Source: Cenococcum geophilum (taxonomy: Eukaryota). From it: a stretch of 64,000 nucleotides of DNA. Below, one piece after another: positions 63,328 through 64,000 of the stretch. The translations under genes and the position numbers were made by a program. Where the stretch lies: positions 5,332,001 through 5,396,000 of the forward strand of contig CP158636.1 of assembly GCA_050273025.1 (NCBI GenBank), written 5' to 3'. Positions within the stretch are counted from its first letter, which is position 1; each line of letters starts with the position of its first letter. Under the pieces are notes generated by a model. That model was not told where the DNA came from. It saw only the letters and a program-made list of their open reading frames with translations, and searched no databases.

Positions 63328-64000
63328 ATGATGGAAGTTGCTTCTGCGGTGCGCGTTCCATCTCCCGAGCCGCCGCGTAAGCGCGACCGCTCTCCGTCTA
63401 ATACTGGACCTTCGAAAAGGCTGCGTGGCGGATATAATAATCAACCCGATGAATTCGAGCCTCCTCCGGCCCCACAACGTGAGAAAGGCTATGATGCTAG
63501 ATTTGCCATGCTTCAAGAAGCCATGAACGCGACTAGGAAACCTCCCGTCGATGACTCTAAGACGCGCGCTGGTGGAGCCTACATACCCCCTGCCAGGCTT
63601 AGGGCCATGCAAGCTGCTATCACCGACAAGACTAGTCCAGAGTTCCAACGTATGGCTTGGGAAGCGTTGAAAAAGTCCATCCAAGGCTTGATAAACAAGG
63701 CCAATGTTGCGAACATCAAAATGATCGTCCCAGAGCTTTTTGGAGAAAACTTAATCCGAGGTCGAGGGTTGTTCTGCAGATCTATTATGAAGGCTCAAGC
63801 TGCTAGTTTGCCCTTTACACCAATTTATGCGGCTATGGTTGCAATCGTCAATACCAAGATTCCTGTCCTTGGCGAACTTCTGGTTAAAAGGCTTATCGTA
63901 CAGTTCCGTAAGGCTTTCAAGCGGAATGACAAAAAGGTTACTCAGTCTGCTGTCACATTCCTAGCGCATCTTGCCAACCAGCAGGTTGTGCATGAAATTC
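63328..64000 (+). CDS. CWC22: Pre-mRNA splicing factor Cwc22 (5' part; runs off window)
   Basis: [82 protein letters not shown] (MIF4G domain). Confidence 0.95.
   Translation, partial: MMEVASAVRVPSPEPPRKRDRSPSNTGPSKRLRGGYNNQPDEFEPPPAPQREKGYDARFAMLQEAMNATRKPPVDDSKTRAGGAYIPPARLRAMQAAITDKTSPEFQRMAWEALKKSIQGLINKANVANIKMIVPELFGENLIRGRGLFCRSIMKAQAASLPFTPIYAAMVAIVNTKIPVLGELLVKRLIVQFRKAFKRNDKKVTQSAVTFLAHLANQQVVHEI

Overview
Eukaryotic DNA from a filamentous ascomycete (Pezizomycotina-like), judged by short GT-AG introns with CTAAC/CTGAC branch points and transposon relics bearing RIP-type C>T/G>A mutations. About 14 apparently intact host genes are supported: a MARVEL-like membrane protein, a Zn-finger/F-box/Q-rich protein, a secreted alkaline phosphatase, a CorA-like membrane protein, Ap4A phosphorylase, a Myb-like protein, GST-kappa/HCCA isomerase, an HSDL2-like SDR, a catalase-related peroxidase, an IFI27-like protein, a cAMP-receptor-like GPCR, the PHO85 CDK, a DCAF6/8-like WD40 protein and DPM2. 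The 5' part of CWC22 runs off the window end, and a PAN/apple + CBM18 cell-surface gene appears pseudogenized. Three transposon islands occur (0-2.7 kb, 8.3-13.7 kb, 39.4-43.8 kb). The most striking structure is an intron-containing, apparently intact piggyBac-type element with ~118-bp TIRs that overlap its own ORF end and lack TTAA flanks. Its right TIR is split by a heavily RIP-degraded hAT element with a perfect 8-bp TSD. Also present: a full-length RIP-killed Tc1 element, a second RIP-killed piggyBac interrupted by an un-RIPed LTR-like fragment, several MITE/hairpins, and an unexplained foldback-like structure at 1.7-2.6 kb. No tRNA, rRNA, CRISPR array or Starship captain gene was recognised. 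All calls are by eye; no database searches were run, and exon boundaries are manual.
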